Shown here: positions 59,752 through 64,000 of the stretch, one piece after another | How the letters are laid out: every line of letters begins with the position of its first letter | Numbering within the stretch: the first letter of the stretch is position 1 | NCBI GenBank assembly: GCA_963767925.1 | Contig: CAVYGB010000002.1 | Location: 1,472,001 to 1,536,000, forward strand | Length of the DNA: 64,000 nucleotides | Direction: 5' to 3' | DNA from: an uncultured delta proteobacterium | GTDB lineage: Bacteria > Myxococcota_A > Polyangia > Fen-1088 | The notes under the pieces: model-generated | The model's database searches: none | Seen by the model: the letters and a program-made list of their open reading frames with translations, nothing else | What the model was told of the DNA's origin: nothing | Program-made: the position numbers and the translations under genes

Positions 59752-60336
59752 ATGAAAAGATGGAGCGAAGACCAGCCGGAGGGCGTGGTGCCCCCGCTGG
59801 AAGTCGGCGCGCTCTACCGCCAGCACGGCGCGCAGGTGGCGTCCTGGGCCGCCCGCCTGATGGGCCCCGGCACCGACGTGGAAGACGTGGTGCAGGAGGT
59901 CTTCCTGGTGGTGCAGCGCCGCCTGCCGGGCTTCCGCGGCGAGGCCAAGGTGACGACCTGGCTGTACGAGATCACGTTCCGGGTGGCCCAGGGCTGGCGG
60001 CGCCGGCGGCGCTTCCGCTCGTGGCTGGGGCTCGATCAGGCCGATCCCGCCGGGGACCTCGTGTCGGAGCGGGCCAACCCCTTGCAGGAGCTGGAGGTCC
60101 GGCAGGCCACCGAGACGGTATACGCCGTGCTGGACCGGTTGCGCGAGCGCGACCGCACCATCCTGGTCCTCTTCGAGATCGAGAAACTATCCGGGGAGGA
60201 GATCGCTGCCCTCGAGCGCACCTCTCTCAATAACGTATGGTCCCGAATCCACCGTGCGCGGGCCCGCTTCCTCCGCGCATACGGTCTGCTCGAAGGGGAG
60301 CGCCGACGTTCGCAGAAGTTGAGGACGGCGCCATGA
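59752..60336 (+). CDS. ECF sigma-70 factor
   Basis: EDVVQEVFL, TTWLYEI, EEIA......NVWSRIHRAR. Confidence 0.92.
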   Translation: MKRWSEDQPEGVVPPLEVGALYRQHGAQVASWAARLMGPGTDVEDVVQEVFLVVQRRLPGFRGEAKVTTWLYEITFRVAQGWRRRRRFRSWLGLDQADPAGDLVSERANPLQELEVRQATETVYAVLDRLRERDRTILVLFEIEKLSGEEIAALERTSLNNVWSRIHRARARFLRAYGLLEGERRRSQKLRTAP

Positions 60337-61511
60337 GCGATCAAGAACGCCTCCGCCCCTGGGCGGAGAGAGAGAGACCGGTGGGCTTCGGCCTGCAGCA
60401 AGAGGACGAGGCGGCGGCGCTGTTCCGGCGGGTGGACGTGGCGGTGCGCTTCGACCCGCAGCGGGTGGCGCTGGCGGTGCTGGCCCGGCGCTCGGCCGGG
60501 AGCACGGTCCGCATGCGCTTTGCCGTGGTGGGCGCGGCGGCGGCGGTGCTGCTCGGCAGCGCGGGCGCCATCGCGGCGGTCCGGCGCATGCCCAGGCTCG
60601 GCCTGTGGCTGCTGACCGTATCGTCCTCGCATCCGCCGCGGGCCCGGTCGGAGGACCTGCCCCCGCCCGAGCGGGCCCTGCCGCCCGCGCCGCCCGAGTC
60701 GATGCCGGCCATCGTGGTCGAGCCGCCCCCGGTCGCGCCGGTGCTGGCCAGCGAGACACCCGCCCGCCGCCACGCCGGCGTCCACAAGCGGACCCGCCGC
60801 CTGGCGATGCACCGGCAGCCGGGCAGCGCCCGCGCCAGTCGCGCGCTCGAGGCGGTCGCCGAGCCGCCGGACGTCGAGACCTTCGCCCTGGCGCCCGCCG
60901 CCGGGACCGGCGCGCCCGCGACGCCGGATCTCTCGGCGCTGGGCTTGCTGGGCCTGCCGCCGGCATCGCCCGGGACCGGATCGGAGCCGGCCGCGACCGC
61001 GCCGGCCGCCGCGCCCGAGTCGCAGCTCGCCCGGGAGACCCGCCTGCTCAACCAGGCGTATTCGCAGCTTCGCAGCGACGACGACCCTGCCGCCGCGCTC
61101 GACTCGCTCGACGAGTACCTCAACGTTCATCCGCTGGGCCTCCTGCGCAAGGAGGCGAGCAGCGCCCGGGTCGAGGCGCTGATCAAGCTGCGGCGCCGGA
61201 ACGACGCGCTGGCGGTCCTGCGCAGCTTCCCCTTCGGAGAGGGGGCGCGCGACGCCGAGCTGCGGGTCCTGCGCGGCGAGCTCACGGCGGCCCACGACTG
61301 CGAGAGCGCGATCCGGGACTTCGTGGCGGTGTCGGACAAGGTGGCACCCCCTCCGATCCTCGACCGGGCGCTGTATGGCCGGGCCGCCTGTGAGGCACGT
61401 CTCGGTCAGCGGGCGCAGGCAGCGGCCAGCTTTCGCGCCTACCTGCGCCAGTTCCCCGACGGAAATTTTGCGGCCGAAGCGAAACGCCAGGTCGGAGAAA
61501 CCGCAAAATAA
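60333..61511 (+). CDS. Putative anti-sigma factor, TM + Pro-rich linker + TPR
   Basis: ATGA overlap with sigma, single TM, YL..HP.G.L..E, YLRQFPDG.FA.EA. Confidence 0.8.
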   Translation: MSDQERLRPWAERERPVGFGLQQEDEAAALFRRVDVAVRFDPQRVALAVLARRSAGSTVRMRFAVVGAAAAVLLGSAGAIAAVRRMPRLGLWLLTVSSSHPPRARSEDLPPPERALPPAPPESMPAIVVEPPPVAPVLASETPARRHAGVHKRTRRLAMHRQPGSARASRALEAVAEPPDVETFALAPAAGTGAPATPDLSALGLLGLPPASPGTGSEPAATAPAAAPESQLARETRLLNQAYSQLRSDDDPAAALDSLDEYLNVHPLGLLRKEASSARVEALIKLRRRNDALAVLRSFPFGEGARDAELRVLRGELTAAHDCESAIRDFVAVSDKVAPPPILDRALYGRAACEARLGQRAQAAASFRAYLRQFPDGNFAAEAKRQVGETAK

Positions 61512-61621
61512 ACTGCAAGGTCACTCCGGGCTGGGAGCACGAATCAGCACGGAGGGGCCTCATGAAACATTGGTTCCGGGATACGCCGCCCTAGGGTCAT
61601 GGTTGGGCGGGTTCCTGGAAC

Positions 61622-61784
61622 CGACTCGGAGGGATTGGATCGGAAACCGGCGCCGGGGTTGCCACAGTACCAGCCTCGGATGCGGTGCAGGTGGTGAGCT
61701 TAACCCGGGAGGTGAGCATCACCACCTGCGCCGCCCGCCGGGGGCTTTCCGGTCCAATCCCTCGAGGTCTCTCCCCCACTTTTT
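61622..61784 (+). ncRNA. Structured intergenic RNA, Pxr-like candidate
   Basis: 18-bp closing stem, two internal hairpins, all wobbles G-U on the + strand, 3' T5 tract. Confidence 0.65.
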
Positions 61785-61979
61785 GCGTGCCTGTCGCTTC
61801 CCTCGTTTCGACGAGGTGACTGACCTTCTTCCAGCGCGGGCCGCCTCCTCGTCTGCTTCGACGTGATTGACGCCCCACCACTCGGGGGTTCCAGGGCCTG
61901 CTGGCCGGACGGCGTCACCGTCGCGGACGAGGGTTTTCCCCGGGCCGTAGGGCGTATCCAGGTCGGATAAGATGCCGGT

Positions 61980-63755
61980 GTGACACCGGTAGCGCCCACC
62001 CTGCTGTACTTGCTGCTGGCGCAGCCCGAAGTCGGCGGCGCCCCGCCTCCCCTCCCCCCGGGGTCCGAATCCGGAGCGCCGGTTCCGGACGGGCCGGCCC
62101 CGCTGGCGGCCGAGGCGAGCGCGGGCGACGCCTTCGCCGTCGACCTCGCGCGCGGGCGGCCCCGGCTGAGCGGCGGCGCCCGGCGCTTCACCGCCGCCGG
62201 GCCCGATCGGGGCACGCTCGCGGTCCGCCTGCGGGGCAGCCTCACCGGCGTGCCGGGCAAGTGGGGCGAGGTGCTCTTCGATCTGCGCGGCACCCCCATC
62301 GCCCAGGTGCCCTGGAACAACCGCACCCAGGTCGAGGCCCAGGTGCGCGTCTCGCCCGCCTTCGTCGGCGACGGCAAGCGCAACTGGTACCGGGCCCACA
62401 GGGCGCGGCTGTTCGTGGTCGACCTGCGCGGGCGGCGCCTGTACCTACCCCACACCGCCATCGTCGACCGGCCCCGGTCCAGCGACGGCTGGCTCGTCCT
62501 GCGCGGACAGCCCACCACCGACGTCCCCATCCCGCTCGGGCGGATCGACCGCGGCATCAACCTGAGCCGCATCACCGGCCTGGGCCTCAACGTCGAGGCC
62601 TTCAACCGCGAGGGCGAGCCGGTGGCCGGGTTCGTCGAGCTGCGCAACCTGCGCGTCACCTTCGGCCCCGCCGTCCCGGTCCGCACCCTCGGCGTGCAGC
62701 CCGCCATCGTCGCCGGGGAGGCCGAGCGCAGCGCCGGGATGATGGCCCGCCTGAGCCAGCGCTGCGGCTTGCGCCCGGGCCAGATGGCGGTCGGCGTGAA
62801 CCTGGCCTGGCCCACCGCCGAGTCCCCGGACGGCGAGCCGATGCAGCTCTACGGTCGCATCCTCGACGGCGGCACCCCCTGGTACAACCGGCTTTGGGAC
62901 GTGGGCGAGGAGGCGGTGGCCATCTCGGTGCGCAACGACTTCCGCGAGATCCGCGAGACCTTCGGCCCGGGGGCGGTGGTGCGGCTGTGGCTGTTCTCCG
63001 ACCTGCGCAGCGGCCTGGCCCTCGACGACGCCGGCGACCCGGTGGCGGTGACCGAGCGGGCCCGCCAGAACATGCACGGCCTGCTGCGCATGGCCGCCGA
63101 GGAGCAGGTGGTGCTGCTGCCGGTGCTGCTCGACTTCCAGATGGCCGACGGTGTGGTGCGCACCGGCCCCGACGGCGCCTGGCAGGTGAGCGAGCGCCCC
63201 GAGCTGATCATCGATCCGGCCCGCCGGGCCAAGCTGGTCAAGGCGCTGGAGGACTTCGTGCGGCTGTTCGCCGGCGACCCGGCCGTCCTGGCCTGGGACG
63301 TGATGAACGAGCCCGAGAACGCCGCCGGGGTTGTCACCCCCGCCCACTTCGCCCAGGTGCAGGCCTTCGTCTACGAGCTTGTCGAGGCGGTCCACCGCGC
63401 CGGCGACCTGGCCACCGTGGGCCACCGCAACGCCGTCGACCCGCGCGACCACTTCCGGGGGCGGGTGGCCAGCGACCTCGGCCAGGCCCACTACTACCCG
63501 CTCGTCGACAGCCGCCCCAACCCGACCCCCTTCGGCCTGCCGATGGCCAACATCTTCGGCCTGTTGCCCGCCGGCTGGGGCGAGCTGCAGGTCCGCCCCG
63601 GAGGCGTCGCCGCCCAGCTCGCCACCGCCCAGCGCGCTGGCCACCGCCTCTTCCTGTTCTGGAGCTGGCGCGGCCACCAGGAGACGGGCGATGGCTACGC
63701 CGTCCGCCCCCACGCCGCCGAGATCCGCCGGGCCGTCGCTGCGCTCCGCCGCTGA
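61980..63755 (+). CDS. GH-A clan (GH5-like) glycoside hydrolase with N-terminal beta-sandwich-like domain
   Basis: VRLWLF.D, AWDVMNEPE acid/base, HYYP, GE nucleophile region, LFWSW. Confidence 0.8.
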   Translation: MTPVAPTLLYLLLAQPEVGGAPPPLPPGSESGAPVPDGPAPLAAEASAGDAFAVDLARGRPRLSGGARRFTAAGPDRGTLAVRLRGSLTGVPGKWGEVLFDLRGTPIAQVPWNNRTQVEAQVRVSPAFVGDGKRNWYRAHRARLFVVDLRGRRLYLPHTAIVDRPRSSDGWLVLRGQPTTDVPIPLGRIDRGINLSRITGLGLNVEAFNREGEPVAGFVELRNLRVTFGPAVPVRTLGVQPAIVAGEAERSAGMMARLSQRCGLRPGQMAVGVNLAWPTAESPDGEPMQLYGRILDGGTPWYNRLWDVGEEAVAISVRNDFREIRETFGPGAVVRLWLFSDLRSGLALDDAGDPVAVTERARQNMHGLLRMAAEEQVVLLPVLLDFQMADGVVRTGPDGAWQVSERPELIIDPARRAKLVKALEDFVRLFAGDPAVLAWDVMNEPENAAGVVTPAHFAQVQAFVYELVEAVHRAGDLATVGHRNAVDPRDHFRGRVASDLGQAHYYPLVDSRPNPTPFGLPMANIFGLLPAGWGELQVRPGGVAAQLATAQRAGHRLFLFWSWRGHQETGDGYAVRPHAAEIRRAVAALRR

Positions 63756-63886
63756 CGCGCGCCCCCGCCAGGAGACGTCAAACCCACAAAACTCCAGGAA
63801 TGTCGGGGGATGACCGCCCGGCCGCGGTGCCCGGGTGTGCGCCGACACGCGCCTGAGGTAAATTGACGGGCCGACAACGGACCACT

Positions 63887-63960
63887 GCGCCCATAGCTCA
63901 ATTGGATAGAGCAGCGGCCTTCTAAGCCGCTGGCTGGGGGTTCGATTCCCTCTGGGCGCG
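63887..63960 (+). tRNA. tRNA-Arg(TCT), CCA not encoded
   Basis: GCGCCCA/TGGGCGC acceptor stem, anticodon arm GCGGC-CTTCTAA-GCCGC, GGTTCGATTCC T-arm. Confidence 0.97.
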
Positions 63961-64000
63961 CGAAGGATCGACCCATGATCACCGTGCCAGTCCCCATCGA

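Noticed and set aside
61622..61784. 6S RNA, SRP RNA or cobalamin riboswitch
   Set aside because: No large central bubble, no SRP GGAA/AGCAG motif, no B12 box seen.
63887..64000. Prophage or island integrated at tRNA-Arg
   Set aside because: No integrase or duplicated tRNA 3' end seen in the window; the downstream side is not visible.

Overview
Very GC-rich bacterial DNA. Gene content (PEGA/TPR proteins, Pro/Gly-linker lipoproteins, DUF1552/DUF1592 pair, ECF sigma plus TPR anti-sigma, caspase-like protein, DUF4388 chemosensory cluster) points to Myxococcota; this is inference. About 50 genes: a BlaI/BlaR1-like pair, a TetR-headed ExbB-ExbD-TonB-lipoprotein-TonB-dependent receptor operon, scattered phosphorelay genes, a CheA/CheW cluster with no chemoreceptor, tandem di-heme peroxidase-family genes, an AlkZ-like glycosylase, two ABC exporters, an M28 peptidase, a caspase-family protein, an ECF module, a GH5-like hydrolase and tRNA-Arg(TCT). 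Non-coding features: an IS5-derived MITE, REP-like elements with adjacent tandem arrays, and a strongly structured ~160 nt intergenic RNA (61622-61784) resembling the myxobacterial developmental sRNA Pxr, which is the best lead. Three genes carry single-base frameshifts that may be sequencing errors. All family calls come from motif recognition, not database searches.
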